The position numbers were made by a program, and so were the translations under genes. A stretch of DNA of 64,000 bases from positions 442,945-506,944 of the forward strand of contig JACKCB010000001.1 of assembly GCA_020634235.1 (NCBI GenBank), in the 5' to 3' direction. The notes beneath the pieces were generated by a model. That model did no database searches and was not told the origin of the DNA. It was given only the letters and a program-made list of their open reading frames with translations. This document shows, one piece after another, positions 1-10,229 of the stretch (the first letter of the stretch is position 1; each line of letters opens with the position of its first letter). This DNA comes from Ardenticatenaceae bacterium. GTDB lineage: Bacteria; Chloroflexota; Anaerolineae; Promineifilales; Promineifilaceae.

Positions 1-477
1 TCCGGCAGCCCTACCCGGCTCAGCGCCTCCCGCACCCGGGCATGATAGCGCGCCCCCTCCAACTGCTCATACTGCCCCACCAGCCGTTCATGCGCGGCCA
101 TCACCCGCTCCAGCCGGGCCAGGTCACCATACACCGCTGGCTCGCCCATCTCCTCCTCCAGGCGGCGCATCGCCGTTTCGATAGCCGCCAGCTCCGGCAG
201 CGCCGTCACCGCCTCCTCCCACACGCTCCGGCCGGGTGGCAGCACCGGTTCCTGCGGCAGACGCCCCCAGCTCAACCCGGCCGGGCGAAACACCGCCCCC
301 CCATCCGCTTCCAGCTCGCGGGCCATCAACCTCAGCAGCGTCGACTTCCCCACCCCATTTGGCCCCACCAGCCCCACACGCTGCCCCAACTGCAATTCCC
401 AGCTCACCCCCCCAAAAATCTCCCGGCCGGCCAGTGTCACCGCCACATCTGCCAGATTCATGATTACTTCAGCCATC
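1..477 (-). CDS. ABC-F family ATPase (EttA/Uup-like), N-terminal part; gene continues beyond window start
   Basis: Reverse-complement translation from ATG at 475-477 gives MAEVIMNLADVAVTLAGREIFGGVSWELQLGQRVGLVGPNGVGKSTLLRLM... with Walker A GPNGVGKST. The frame stays open to position 1. It is not in the ORF track because it is truncated at the window edge; the + strand ORF 42..545 is its antisense artefact. Confidence 0.7.
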
Positions 478-1012
478 AGTCACACTCCACTTGTTTCAGC
501 TTGCCAAAACGCCAACCAGCGCCGGGGCAGCGGCCAGGCTCATGACGGCCTGGCGTGTACTCCGCAGGCACAAAAAAAGCCGGGGCAGCTGCGCCTCGGC
601 TTTTCTATCGCAATCATCAGCGGTCAATTAGTTTGACATAATATTCGATCACCGGGCGCGCATTTAGGTCGCCCCCACTTCAGACCCACGAAAATGCCGG
701 AACAACACCCGGCCGGGAAAATCGAATAACTGTGCCATCAGCTACCAAGCATAAACTACGTCCGCCCCGGCGTCAAGTATATTGTCGAGTGCGCGAGTGC
801 CAGGCACAGGACGGAACGATGTCATGTAGCGCAAGTTTTGCTGCCCTGTACCTGGTACTTCAAGCCTATCAGGACACACACGACCCGGCCGGGCGTTTCC
901 CCTTTGAGCCCATTTCGACTATACTTGTTACGTCACTTTCTGAAACAATCCTTACCCATTCCAGTCACTTTTCAAATGCCCACCGGTTCACATTAGGAAC
1001 ATACGCTAGCGA

Positions 1013-2353
1013 ATGCGCCACAAGAAACGATTACTCCTGCCAACCCTCCCCCTGCTGGTCTGCTTGCTCCTCCTCGCGGCCTGCGACCTGGCGGCAAACA
1101 ACAGCAGCAATACCGCAGCCACCGCCACCGCCGGGCTGCCCACCCCGGCCAATACCCCCGACCTGGCCGCCGAAGTTACCACCCCAATCCCGCTCATCCC
1201 CAGCCAGAACGTGCTCACCATCACCGTCTGGACGGTGCCGGAAATCTCGCCGCGCAGCGAGATACCGGGCGGCCCAACCATGCTGGAGCAGTTCAACGCC
1301 TACGACACCAGCCACCCCGACCTGCACCTCTTTGTAGAACTGAAAACCGTAGCCGACCAGGGAGGAATGCTTAGCTACCTGCGCACCGGCCGGGGCGTGG
1401 CCCCCAAAGTGCTGCCCGACCTGGTCCTACTGCCGGCCAACCAACTGGCCGGCGCCGTCGCCGACGGCCTCATCTATCCGCTGACCGATCTGCCCCTCGA
1501 CCCCACCATCTACAACGACCTCTTCCCGGCCGCGCAAGACTTGGCCGCCATCAACGGCATCAACTACGGCTATCCCATCGCCCTTACCAACCTGCACCAC
1601 CTGGCCTACAACGCCAACGTCATCACCAGCACCATTCCCAGCCGCTGGAGCTCCTTCATCACCGTCCCCAACGGCCAGTTTGTCTTCCCGGCCGCCGGCC
1701 CGGCCGGGGCCGAGCTGGCCCTACAATTCTACCTGGCCAACGGCGGCACCCTCACCAGCACCGACGGCAAACCCAATCTGGACATCTCCCCCCTCACCAT
1801 CGCCCTGGAACGGATCAACCAGGGCGTGGCCGCCGGCTTCATCTGGCCCGGCAGCGGCAGCATCGGCACCGTGGAGACAGGCTGGCAGGCGCTGCAAAGC
1901 GAACTGCCCAACATCACCATGGCCACCGCCGACCTGTCGCTGCGCCAGCGCGCCCTGGGCAGTGCCCCCGCCTACAGCACCATCCCCGGTGAAATCGCCC
2001 CCTTCTCGCCCCTGGTCAACGCCTGGGTATGGGCGATTAGCACGCCCGACCCCGCCCGCCAGGTGCTGGCCGCCGAACTCATCAGTTGGCTGGCCACCCC
2101 GCAAAACCTGGCCGAATGGAGCTACCAGAGCCAGCGCGTGCCTGCCCAGCGCTCCGCCTTTGCCGCCTGGCCCTCCGCCAACAACGCCTTTGTCACCTTT
2201 TTGCGCGGCCAGGCCGAAGTAGCCCAGCCCTTCCCGGCCGGGGCCAACACCGCCGTCATCTCCGCCCTCACCGCCGCCGTCAACAGCGTCGTCAACCAGA
2301 CCAGCACCCCCCAGGCCGCGGCTGAACTGGCCGCACAGGCCGTAAGACAGTAA
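1013..2353 (+). CDS. extracellular solute-binding protein (ABC transporter SBP family 1-like), lipoprotein
   Basis: N-terminal signal peptide with lipobox LLLAAC. Length and composition are typical of sugar SBPs (ITVWTVPE... motif region). Confidence 0.55.
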   Translation: MRHKKRLLLPTLPLLVCLLLLAACDLAANNSSNTAATATAGLPTPANTPDLAAEVTTPIPLIPSQNVLTITVWTVPEISPRSEIPGGPTMLEQFNAYDTSHPDLHLFVELKTVADQGGMLSYLRTGRGVAPKVLPDLVLLPANQLAGAVADGLIYPLTDLPLDPTIYNDLFPAAQDLAAINGINYGYPIALTNLHHLAYNANVITSTIPSRWSSFITVPNGQFVFPAAGPAGAELALQFYLANGGTLTSTDGKPNLDISPLTIALERINQGVAAGFIWPGSGSIGTVETGWQALQSELPNITMATADLSLRQRALGSAPAYSTIPGEIAPFSPLVNAWVWAISTPDPARQVLAAELISWLATPQNLAEWSYQSQRVPAQRSAFAAWPSANNAFVTFLRGQAEVAQPFPAGANTAVISALTAAVNSVVNQTSTPQAAAELAAQAVRQ

Positions 2354-2359
2354 GCCACC

Positions 2360-3709
2360 ATGCCCGAGCTACGCTTCACTGAAGTCCAGCAGCACGTCAG
2401 CCAACTCGTCACCGCCGCCCTGGCGGCCGCCGCCCCGGCCGGGGCCGTAGACCGTTACCTGCGGCGCGAAGGGACCCAGTTGCTCATCGGCCCCTACAGC
2501 TTCCAACCCGGCCGGGGGCGCGTTTATCTCGTTGGCGTGGGCAAAGCCGCCCTGCCCATGGGGCGCGCCGCCATCAACACCCTGGGCGATGCCCTGGCCG
2601 AGGGCATTCTCATCACCAAGCGCCCTGGCGGCGCCCCCGCCAACAAACCACGCTTCTACACCACCAACATCGCCGGGCAAAAGAGCATCCGCATCTTCGA
2701 GGCCAGCCATCCCGTGCCCGACGAAGGCAGCCTGCATGCCACCGCCGCCGTGGCCGAAATGCTGGCCCACACTACCCCACGCGACCTGGTGCTGTGTCTC
2801 ATCTCCGGCGGCACTTCTTCCCTGCTCAGCCAACCACTCCTGCCGCTGCCCGAATGGCAGGAGCTGATCACCGCCTTGCTGGCCAGCGGCTGCACCATCA
2901 GCGAGCTAAACACCGTGCGCCGGGCACTGGATCGGGTGAAGGGGGGCGGCCTGGCCGAGCTGGCCGCCCCGGCCGCCTGCGCCAGCCTCATCCTCAGCGA
3001 CGTGGTCGGCAATCCGCTGGCCGACATTGGCAGCGGCCCCACCGTGGCTACCCCCAGCGGCCCGGCCGAGGCGCGGGCCGTCCTGGACCATTACAACCTG
3101 GTCAGCACCCTGACCCCCGAGACCTGGCAGCGGGTCAACTCCGCCCTGGGCATGGCCGCGCCGCTCAACCTGGGCAGCAGCCAGGTTGTTAACCTGATCA
3201 TCGGTGACGTACAACAGGCCGCCCAGGCCGCCGTAACCGCCGCCCGCAATCTGGGCTTCGACGCCCACCTGCTAACCGCCCACCTGGAAGGCGAAGCCCG
3301 CGAAGTTGGCCGGGTGGTCGCCGCCCTGGCCAAAGATGCCCGGCCGGGAGCCTGCCTGGTCCTGGGTGGCGAGACCACGGTCACGGTGCGCGGCCCCGGC
3401 CGGGGTGGGCGCAACCAGGAGCTGGCCCTGGCGGCCGCCATCGCCCTGTCTGGCTGGGAAAAAGTGGCCGTGGCCAGCTTCGCCACCGACGGCGAGGATG
3501 GCCCCACCAACGCCGCCGGGGCACTGATCACCGGCGGGACACTGGCCCGCGCCCAGGCCCTGGCGCTTGACCCGCAAGCTTTTCTCAAAGATAATGACAG
3601 CCACAACTTCTTTACCATTCTGAGCGCCGGGGGACGGAGCAATCTGTTGCAAACAGGCGCCACGGGAACCAACGTCAACGATCTCATCCTGATCTGCAAA
3701 TATCCCTGA
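2360..3709 (+). CDS. glycerate kinase (glycerate 2-kinase, MOFRL family)
   Basis: Protein shows the MOFRL/DUF4147 architecture: GVGKAALPM, LISGGTSSLL, GGETTVTVRGPGRGGRNQELALAAA. About 449 aa, as in GckA/TtuD. Confidence 0.8.
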   Translation: MPELRFTEVQQHVSQLVTAALAAAAPAGAVDRYLRREGTQLLIGPYSFQPGRGRVYLVGVGKAALPMGRAAINTLGDALAEGILITKRPGGAPANKPRFYTTNIAGQKSIRIFEASHPVPDEGSLHATAAVAEMLAHTTPRDLVLCLISGGTSSLLSQPLLPLPEWQELITALLASGCTISELNTVRRALDRVKGGGLAELAAPAACASLILSDVVGNPLADIGSGPTVATPSGPAEARAVLDHYNLVSTLTPETWQRVNSALGMAAPLNLGSSQVVNLIIGDVQQAAQAAVTAARNLGFDAHLLTAHLEGEAREVGRVVAALAKDARPGACLVLGGETTVTVRGPGRGGRNQELALAAAIALSGWEKVAVASFATDGEDGPTNAAGALITGGTLARAQALALDPQAFLKDNDSHNFFTILSAGGRSNLLQTGATGTNVNDLILICKYP

Positions 3710-3781
3710 CCGCCGCCTGCCCGCGCGGCCCGGCCGGGAACACACACGCCCCCACATTATCGCCCAGGCAAGGAGCATGAC

Positions 3782-5209
3782 ATGACCATCAAGTTTGGCA
3801 CCGACGGCTGGCGAGCCGTCATCAGCGAGAATTTCACCTTTCACAACTTGCGGCTGGTGGCCCAGGCCATCGCCGACTTCGTGCGCGAAGAGGAAAGCCA
3901 GAACCCCAGCGTGGTAATCGGTTTCGACACCCGTTTCCTGTCGGATCGCTATGCGGCGGAAGTGGCCCGCGTGATGGCCGCCAACCAGATTCAGAGCTGG
4001 CTGGCCCGGGCCGACACCCCTACCCCGGCCGTCAGCTACGCCATCGTCAACAAGCAGGCCACGGCCGGGGTGATGATCACCGCCAGCCACAACGCCCCCC
4101 GCTACAACGGCGTCAAGCTCAAGGCCAGCTACGGCGGCAGCGCCACCAAGAGCCACAACAAGCGTGTCGAGCAGCATCTGGAGCGCAATTTGCGCACCGG
4201 CCGGGGCCCCAACATGATGGACCTGCAAGAAGCCCTGCGGGCCAACCTCATCCAGAAATTCGACCCCAGTTGGGCCTACTACGAACATATCAGCAAGCTC
4301 ATCGACCTGGATGTCATCTCCGGCGGCGAACTGCGCGTGGTTGCCGACGGCATGTACGGCGCCGGCCGCGGCGTCATTGGCGAGGTGCTGGCCCGCGGGC
4401 GCACCAAGGTGCACAACATCCGCCACGAAATGAACCCCGGCTTCGGCGGCATCCACCCTGAGCCAATCGCCCGCCACCTGGGTATGCTCATGTCCACCAT
4501 CCAGGCCGGCCATTGGGACGTGGGGCTGGCCACCGATGGCGATGCCGACCGCATTGGCGCCGTAGATGCCCGCGGCAGCTTCGTCGATCCCCACCGCATC
4601 TTCGCCCTGGTGCTGCGCTACCTGCTAGAAGCGCGTGGCTGGCGCGGCAAGGTCGTGCGCACCGTCTCCACCACGCGCATGGTCGACCGTATCGCCGCCC
4701 GCCACAACCTACCGGTCATCGAGACCCCGGTAGGCTTCAACCACATCGCCGACCTGATGCTGGCCGGCGGCGTGCTGATGGGCGGCGAGGAGTCCGGCGG
4801 CATCAGCATCCAGGGACACATCCCAGAGGGGGATGGCGTGCTGATGGGGCTGCTGATCCTGGAGGTCATGGCCGCGGCCCATGCCCCGCTGCATGAGCTG
4901 GTGGAGGATTTGCTGCACGAGTTTGGCCCGGCCGAGTACCGGCGCACAGACATGAAGTTGACCCGGCCGGTGGCCAAAGAGGAGATGGTAGACCTGCTGG
5001 TGAACGCCGCCCCGGCGCAAATCGACGGCGTGGCTATCGAATCAATCCAGACCACCGACGGCGTGAAATATTACCTGGATGACGGCAGTTGGCTCCTTAT
5101 CCGCCCCTCTGGCACCGAGCCGGTGCTGCGGGTCTATGCCGAGGCGCCAACCCCCGGCCGGGTAAAATCCCTGCTCAACTTTGGCGAAGAAGTAGCCCAA
5201 AAGGCGTAG
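3782..5209 (+). CDS. phosphoglucomutase/phosphomannomutase (alpha-D-phosphohexomutase)
   Basis: KFGTDGWR N-terminus; ITASHNAPRYNGVKL with active-site Ser; GGEESGG sugar-binding loop; SD AGGAG upstream of ATG. Confidence 0.85.
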   Translation: MTIKFGTDGWRAVISENFTFHNLRLVAQAIADFVREEESQNPSVVIGFDTRFLSDRYAAEVARVMAANQIQSWLARADTPTPAVSYAIVNKQATAGVMITASHNAPRYNGVKLKASYGGSATKSHNKRVEQHLERNLRTGRGPNMMDLQEALRANLIQKFDPSWAYYEHISKLIDLDVISGGELRVVADGMYGAGRGVIGEVLARGRTKVHNIRHEMNPGFGGIHPEPIARHLGMLMSTIQAGHWDVGLATDGDADRIGAVDARGSFVDPHRIFALVLRYLLEARGWRGKVVRTVSTTRMVDRIAARHNLPVIETPVGFNHIADLMLAGGVLMGGEESGGISIQGHIPEGDGVLMGLLILEVMAAAHAPLHELVEDLLHEFGPAEYRRTDMKLTRPVAKEEMVDLLVNAAPAQIDGVAIESIQTTDGVKYYLDDGSWLLIRPSGTEPVLRVYAEAPTPGRVKSLLNFGEEVAQKA

Positions 5210-5217
5210 CCGGCCGG

Positions 5218-6219
5218 CTACAAAACCAGGTAGTGCAGCGCCAGGTCCACCACCAGGCCGGCCACAAACAGCAGCGTGAAGCGGCGGTTGTGGTAGAAGG
5301 CAAAGGCGGCATACCACAGCGGCCAGGTATCGGCCGGGTAATCCGCGGGAGGGCTCCCCGGCCGGGGCTGGCGATACACCGCCGCCACCTGCCGCAAAGC
5401 CAGCAAACCAACCACCACCAGCAGCAGCGCCACCGTAAAATAACCGGCGGCCACCAGCAAAACCGTCACCAGATATTGCAGCCCCATCAACCCCAGCCCC
5501 AGCAGCGCCGACCGGCGCTCGCCCAGCCAGACCGGGATGGTACGCAGCCCCTGCGCCCTGTCCGCCGGCAGCCGGTCTATGTGCTTACCCAGGATAACCG
5601 TCGTCACTCCCAGCCCCACCGGCAAGCTCGTCCACACCACCGGCCACTGCCACTGCCCGGTAATCATGTAATACCCACCGCCAATCATCAGCGGCCCCCA
5701 TACCGTCAGCACCGCCACCTCGCTCAAATCCAGCCGCCAGGGCGGGTTCACATACAGCATCACAAACACCACAGCCAGGCCAATGAGCAGCAAACCCAGC
5801 CCACCACGCGCAAAAACCAGGTAAATGCCGGCAGCCACGGCCAGCAAACCGGTCACCATGGCGTAGGTCAGCAGTTCTGGCACGCTCATTAGCCCGTCGG
5901 CCAGCGGCTGCGGTCCGTACTGCGAACGCAGATTATGCCCTTCCTCCACCCCCCGCCAATGGTCGGTGAGGTCGTTGAGCATGTTGTTGGTGGCGTGGGC
6001 CATCACCAACCCCACCAGCCAGACCAGCCACAGCACGATATCGAACTGCTCGCTGCGCGCGGCCAGCAGGCCGGCAATGAACGCCGGAATGAAGGTGAGG
6101 GCCAAAATGGCGGCCCGGGCCGCAATGAGCCAGCGCGAGATAATGTCCAGATTGGCCCACTCTTCCTTGCTCAATCGCGGCACTAGCCGGATTGCTTTGC
6201 CCCACATTGCTACATTCAT
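5218..6219 (-). CDS. UbiA-family prenyltransferase (MenA-like), membrane protein
   Basis: Multi-TM protein with an NDxxD motif (NNMLNDLTDH). ATG at 6219 follows GGAGG by 7 nt; the longer ORF-track extension (MTHCIITYF...) looks non-coding. Confidence 0.55.
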   Translation of the reverse strand: MNVAMWGKAIRLVPRLSKEEWANLDIISRWLIAARAAILALTFIPAFIAGLLAARSEQFDIVLWLVWLVGLVMAHATNNMLNDLTDHWRGVEEGHNLRSQYGPQPLADGLMSVPELLTYAMVTGLLAVAAGIYLVFARGGLGLLLIGLAVVFVMLYVNPPWRLDLSEVAVLTVWGPLMIGGGYYMITGQWQWPVVWTSLPVGLGVTTVILGKHIDRLPADRAQGLRTIPVWLGERRSALLGLGLMGLQYLVTVLLVAAGYFTVALLLVVVGLLALRQVAAVYRQPRPGSPPADYPADTWPLWYAAFAFYHNRRFTLLFVAGLVVDLALHYLVL

Positions 6220-6405
6220 CGATGCCTCCGGGCCAGGTCTGCCCCGGCCGGGTTCTTCGCGCCGCCTACCTGCGGCCACGCTTACCCGAATATCTTGCCA
6301 ACAGTACATAATGCAGTGCGTTAGAAAATATGTTATAATGCAGTGCGTCAAAATACGATTGTAACACGCCCGTCCCCGGATGGGTAACTAGACATGGAGG
6401 AAACA

Positions 6406-6711
6406 ATGATCATTGAACTGGTGCGTCCCAAAAACGCGCTTAACCTCGTGGCCGGACTGGGCAGCCTGATGTTTGAAAAGCTGGCCGGCCTGCCCGTTGC
6501 GGTGGAAGAAGTGCCAGAAGTGCACGACGACCTGACCCAGATTAACGGGATTGGCCCCACCTTTGCCCGGCGGCTGAATGAAGCCGGCATTTACTCCTAC
6601 CGCGCCCTGGCCGCCCTAACACCGGAAACCGTGAAACAGATCACGCAGGCCCGGGATTGGCAAGGGAACCCGGCCGGGTGGATTGCCCAGGCCAGACTGC
6701 TCGCCCAATAG
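6406..6711 (+). CDS. helix-hairpin-helix domain protein (small, function unknown)
   Basis: HhH motif INGIGPTFARRLNEAGIYSYRALA; GGAGGA SD 6 nt before ATG at 6406. Confidence 0.5.
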   Translation: MIIELVRPKNALNLVAGLGSLMFEKLAGLPVAVEEVPEVHDDLTQINGIGPTFARRLNEAGIYSYRALAALTPETVKQITQARDWQGNPAGWIAQARLLAQ

Positions 6712-6722
6712 CCGCGCCCCGG

Positions 6723-8096
6723 CTACATTCGGCCAAAAGCCTCCACAATACGCGCCGTGTGCCGGATGCCATTGATAAAGTCCGGCACACGAATATTCTC
6801 ATTGGGCGCATGCACCCGCCCATCCGGGTAGCCACAACCGGCCGCCACCACCGGCACCCCAAGCGTCTTCACAAACGGATAGAGCGGCCCACTGCCACCA
6901 ATCATCGGCGAGACAACCATCTCCCGGCCGTAGACGTCCGCCGCCACCGCCGTAGCCATCTGCACAAACGGGTCGTCCGGGTCCACCTTGGCCGGATGTT
7001 CACCACAGTAAACCGTGATGGCCACATCGGCAAAGCCTTGCGCATCCAGGTGGGCGCGCAGCTTCTGCAGAATATCGGCCGGCCGCTGCTCAGGCACCAG
7101 GCGGAAATCCACCTTGGCGCTGGCCCGCGCCGGCTGCACCGTCTTGGAACCCTGCCCCTGGTAGCCGGCGTTCAGCCCGCAGATGGTGCAGGTCGGCACA
7201 AAAACCGCCTCTCGCTGCCACGCCAGCCCGCCGGTCAGCCCTTTCAAAAAGCCGGGCAGGTTGTACATCTCCAGCAAGAACTGTGATTCATCCGGCAGTT
7301 GGGCCAGCATCGCCAGGTCGCGCGCCGAGGGGGGCACCACCTCATCATAAAAGCCAGGGATCAGGATATTCTCAGCCGCATCCTTCAGTGAGTTCAGCGC
7401 CCACACCAGCCGCCAGGCCGCATTAGGAAAAATTGAGCCGCCCAAACCGGAATGCACATCCCGCGACGCCGTCTCCACACTCAGCTCCACGTAGAAAATG
7501 CCGCGCATACCCAGCGACTGCGACGGCGCACCCTCGCTGTCCACCCCGCCAAACTCCCAGATGCAGGCATCCCCGGCCAGTTTCGCCTGGTGCTTTTCCA
7601 CAAAGGCATCCATGCTAGGGCTGCCAATCTCCTCCTCCCCTTCAATCACAAACTTCACGTTACACGGCAGTTCGCCCAGCACGTGCCGCACCGCATCCAG
7701 GGCCGCCAGCCGGGTAATGATGTGCCCTTTGTCGTCACTGACCCCACGCGCAAACAGTTTCTCGCCGCGCCGGGTCAGCTCAAACGGCGGCGACTCCCAC
7801 AATTCTAGCGGCTCCGGCGGCTGCACGTCGTAGTGCAGGTAAAAGAGCAGCGTCTTGTCGCGCTGGCCCGTACCCGCCCCATATACCACCGGATGGCCAT
7901 CAGAGGGCATGACTTCGGCGGCATAGCCATGCTCTTGCAGCATGGTGGCCACCAACTGGGCACATTCAGCAATACCCAAATTCTGGGCCGAGATGCTGGG
8001 CTGGCCGCACAGGCGGGCCAATTGGGCGATGTAACGGTCAATATTCCGTTCGATGTAGGCGTCAATTTGGGTTAAGAGAGCCTGGTCCATTTCCAT
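6723..8096 (-). CDS. M20 family metallopeptidase (ArgE/DapE/ACY1-like dipeptidase)
   Basis: Motifs HYDVQP, GVSDDKG, EGEEEIGS are typical of the M20 family; 457 aa. Confidence 0.8.
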   Translation of the reverse strand: MEMDQALLTQIDAYIERNIDRYIAQLARLCGQPSISAQNLGIAECAQLVATMLQEHGYAAEVMPSDGHPVVYGAGTGQRDKTLLFYLHYDVQPPEPLELWESPPFELTRRGEKLFARGVSDDKGHIITRLAALDAVRHVLGELPCNVKFVIEGEEEIGSPSMDAFVEKHQAKLAGDACIWEFGGVDSEGAPSQSLGMRGIFYVELSVETASRDVHSGLGGSIFPNAAWRLVWALNSLKDAAENILIPGFYDEVVPPSARDLAMLAQLPDESQFLLEMYNLPGFLKGLTGGLAWQREAVFVPTCTICGLNAGYQGQGSKTVQPARASAKVDFRLVPEQRPADILQKLRAHLDAQGFADVAITVYCGEHPAKVDPDDPFVQMATAVAADVYGREMVVSPMIGGSGPLYPFVKTLGVPVVAAGCGYPDGRVHAPNENIRVPDFINGIRHTARIVEAFGRM

Positions 8097-8215
8097 TTTT
8101 CATCCCGTCTAGGAGCGTTTCACTGGCAAGGCGGAGTATATGCCAACGACCCCTGCCCGCCAAATGTGGTGCGCCGCTAACCGTTCAACCAACCCCGGCC
8201 GGGCTACAGCGGCCG

Positions 8216-8875
8216 CTACAATGGCCGGACCGCGGAAGAGACCCCGGCCGCGGCTTCGTTGATCATGCCGCTCTGCTCCAGGTGAGCATAATCATTCAGG
8301 CGCAGCAGTTGCAGTTGCGCCCCATCCGCCCGCAAAACGCTGAGGCTGGTGTTTACCCGGCCGGCGATAGGCAGCGGCTCTTCCGGCCCCCGGCCAAACA
8401 GGTGCCCCAACACGCTAAACAGCACCCCGCCATGGGTCACCACGGCCACCCGCTGGCCAGGATGGCCGGCGACCAGCGCCGCCAGGGCCGCCGTCACCCG
8501 CGCCCGGAAAGCCAGCGACGTCTCCCCCTGGGGCGGGTTCTGCCAGCTATTTTCGCCGGTCCAGCCCGGCGCGTAGCGTTCCACAATCTCGGCCGTGGTG
8601 CAGCCGGCAAACAGCCCCACGTCCCGTTCCCGCCAGGCCGCATCCAAAATCACGGGCATCTGCCGTGCCGCACCAACGATCTGCGCCGTCTCGGCCGCCC
8701 GCGCCAGGTCGCTGCTGTAGAGGGCATCCAGCGGCCAGGTCGCCAGCCGTTGGGCCAGGGCCTGCGACTGCCCCCGGCCGGTCTCGTTTAGCGGTACATT
8801 GGCCACGCCCTGCCAGCGCCCGGCCGCGTTCCAATCCGTTTCGCCGTGTCGAATAAGGATGATTTCGGTGGTCAT
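8216..8875 (-). CDS. histidine phosphatase family protein (phosphoglycerate mutase-like)
   Basis: RHGETDWN catalytic motif close to the N-terminus; AAGAGG SD before the internal ATG at 8875. This start removes the overlap with the next gene. Confidence 0.75.
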   Translation of the reverse strand: MTTEIILIRHGETDWNAAGRWQGVANVPLNETGRGQSQALAQRLATWPLDALYSSDLARAAETAQIVGAARQMPVILDAAWRERDVGLFAGCTTAEIVERYAPGWTGENSWQNPPQGETSLAFRARVTAALAALVAGHPGQRVAVVTHGGVLFSVLGHLFGRGPEEPLPIAGRVNTSLSVLRADGAQLQLLRLNDYAHLEQSGMINEAAAGVSSAVRPL

Positions 8876-8907
8876 AAGCCTCTTCTTGTGTGCCGGAGGC
8901 CGGCCGC

Positions 8908-9507
8908 TTAGGGGCGGCGGGCCAGGCAGTTGAGCCAGGTTACCTGGGGCAGCTCGTCGCGCCACTCGTCCAGGATGGCGAAGCCGCTGCCGGCCAGCAG
9001 GGCAGCCAGCCCCTCGGCCGTCCAGTAGGTGAACCAGCGCGGGGCGGGCCGGCCATAGCCGGCCGCTTCCCAGCCCTCACCCTGGCCCGCTTTAAGCGAG
9101 AGGTAAAGGCAGCCGCCGGGACGCAGCAGGTGGTGGAACCGGCGCAGAACGGCCGGCACCTCCGGCCGGGGCAGATGCAGCAGCGCCGCGTTCACCCACA
9201 GGCCATCCCAGACCGGGGCAAAGGGCAGCCACCGCAGGTCAGCCTGCACCAGCGGGACGCCGTAGACACCCCGGCCGGTGTGCAGCATCCCCCAGGAAAG
9301 GTCCACGCCCACGGTCCGCAGCCCCTGGTCGCGCAGGGCGGCGGTGTCGAAGCCGGGGCCGCAACCCACGTCCAGCACCCGCCCCCCCGGCCGGGTACAG
9401 GCCACAAAACGGGTCAGCGCCCCCGCCATCACCGTCCGGTCCTGGCGGCGGGCCAGATAGGCCGCGGCAATGGCATCATAGCTAGCTATCGTCTGGGCAT
9501 CACTCAT
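8908..9507 (-). CDS. class I SAM-dependent methyltransferase (small-molecule type)
   Basis: Motif I VLDVGCGPGFDT; no DNA-MTase motifs (DPPY/PCQ) seen. Confidence 0.8.
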   Translation of the reverse strand: MSDAQTIASYDAIAAAYLARRQDRTVMAGALTRFVACTRPGGRVLDVGCGPGFDTAALRDQGLRTVGVDLSWGMLHTGRGVYGVPLVQADLRWLPFAPVWDGLWVNAALLHLPRPEVPAVLRRFHHLLRPGGCLYLSLKAGQGEGWEAAGYGRPAPRWFTYWTAEGLAALLAGSGFAILDEWRDELPQVTWLNCLARRP

Positions 9508-10214
9508 GGGCCGTTTCCCGGCCGGGGCGCAGCCGCTGGTTCAGCACCCGGGCGATGGCCACCAGCGTCGCCCCATCGATGAGGGTGAGGGGCTTGCCCT
9601 CGGCCCAGGCGCGGGCCGCGTCTGAGATTTCGGCCGTGGTCACCAGGAAGGCGTGGGCCGCCCGCTCGTGAATCAGCGTGCCATACAGTTCGCGGGTGAT
9701 CTCTTCGCCCACCGTGCTCTGGTAACGCTTGCACTGCACAATGGCCCGCCGGCCCCGCTTGTCGGTCAGCTCCAGATCCACACCATGGTCACCGCTGCGG
9801 CCGCGCAGGGCCACGCGGTAACCCTTTTGCCGGAACAGGCCAGCCACGTAGCTTTCAAAGGCTTTGGGGCTAAGGGCGTACAGGTCGGCCACGTCCAGGG
9901 TGGCCACCGGCCGGGCCGGCCGGCGGGTTCTGACCCACCACCGCCAGCCCAGGCCGCCCCACAGCAGCAGCAGGGTGGCCAGGCCGGCCAGCTCCACCAG
10001 CAGGATAAGCTCTTGCAGCAGCGGCGAGAGGCTGCTCAGCCAACCCGGCCGGGACAGCCAATGATAGGCCAGCCAGCCCAGCCACCACAAGGTGGCCAGG
10101 ATGATGAGCAGCAGCCCGGTGCGGTAGGCGCGGCTGGGCCGCCCCGGCCGGGCGGCTTGCCAGGGGCGCAGCCAGAGGCGCGCCGGTGAGTCTTGCGAGG
10201 CAATTCGACTCATG
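9500..10214 (-). CDS. membrane-anchored restriction endonuclease-like protein (Mrr_cat domain)
   Basis: Two N-terminal TM helices, then LSPKAFESYVAGLFRQKGYRVALRGRSGDHGVDLELTDKRGRRAIVQCKRYQS, which matches the Mrr catalytic core (PD-(D/E)xK-like). Internal ATG chosen; the upstream extension is Arg/Pro-rich. Confidence 0.65.
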
Positions 10215-10229
10215 GTCCGCTGGCGGCCG

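Noticed and set aside
42-545. + strand ORF of 167 aa at the window start
   Set aside because: It is antisense to a clear ABC-F ATPase N-terminus on the minus strand (Walker A GPNGVGKST), and its composition is Pro/Arg/His-rich.
732-1337. 201-aa ORF spanning the lower-GC intergenic region and overlapping the SBP gene
   Set aside because: It has no SD, runs out of frame into the well-supported lipoprotein SBP gene, and is proline-rich low complexity in the overlap.
3272-4594. 440-aa ORF antisense to the phosphoglucomutase gene; similar long antisense ORFs at 17721..19217 (+), 19672..21147 (+), 40679..41944 (+), 48217..50169 (+), 10474..11868 (-), 10458..11678 (+), 61958..63049 (+) and 5089..5892 (+)
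   Set aside because: These are typical high-GC artefacts. The GC-rich third positions of the real gene leave the antisense frame open. The translations are Arg/Gly/Pro/Ala/His-rich low-complexity with no motifs. Each overlaps a gene with clear family signatures.
8908-10214. Possible restriction-modification pair (SAM methyltransferase plus Mrr-like nuclease)
   Set aside because: The methyltransferase has small-molecule MTase motif I (VLDVGCGPGFDT) and no DNA-MTase motifs (DPPY/NPPY, PCQ). Mrr-type enzymes are modification-dependent and need no cognate MTase.
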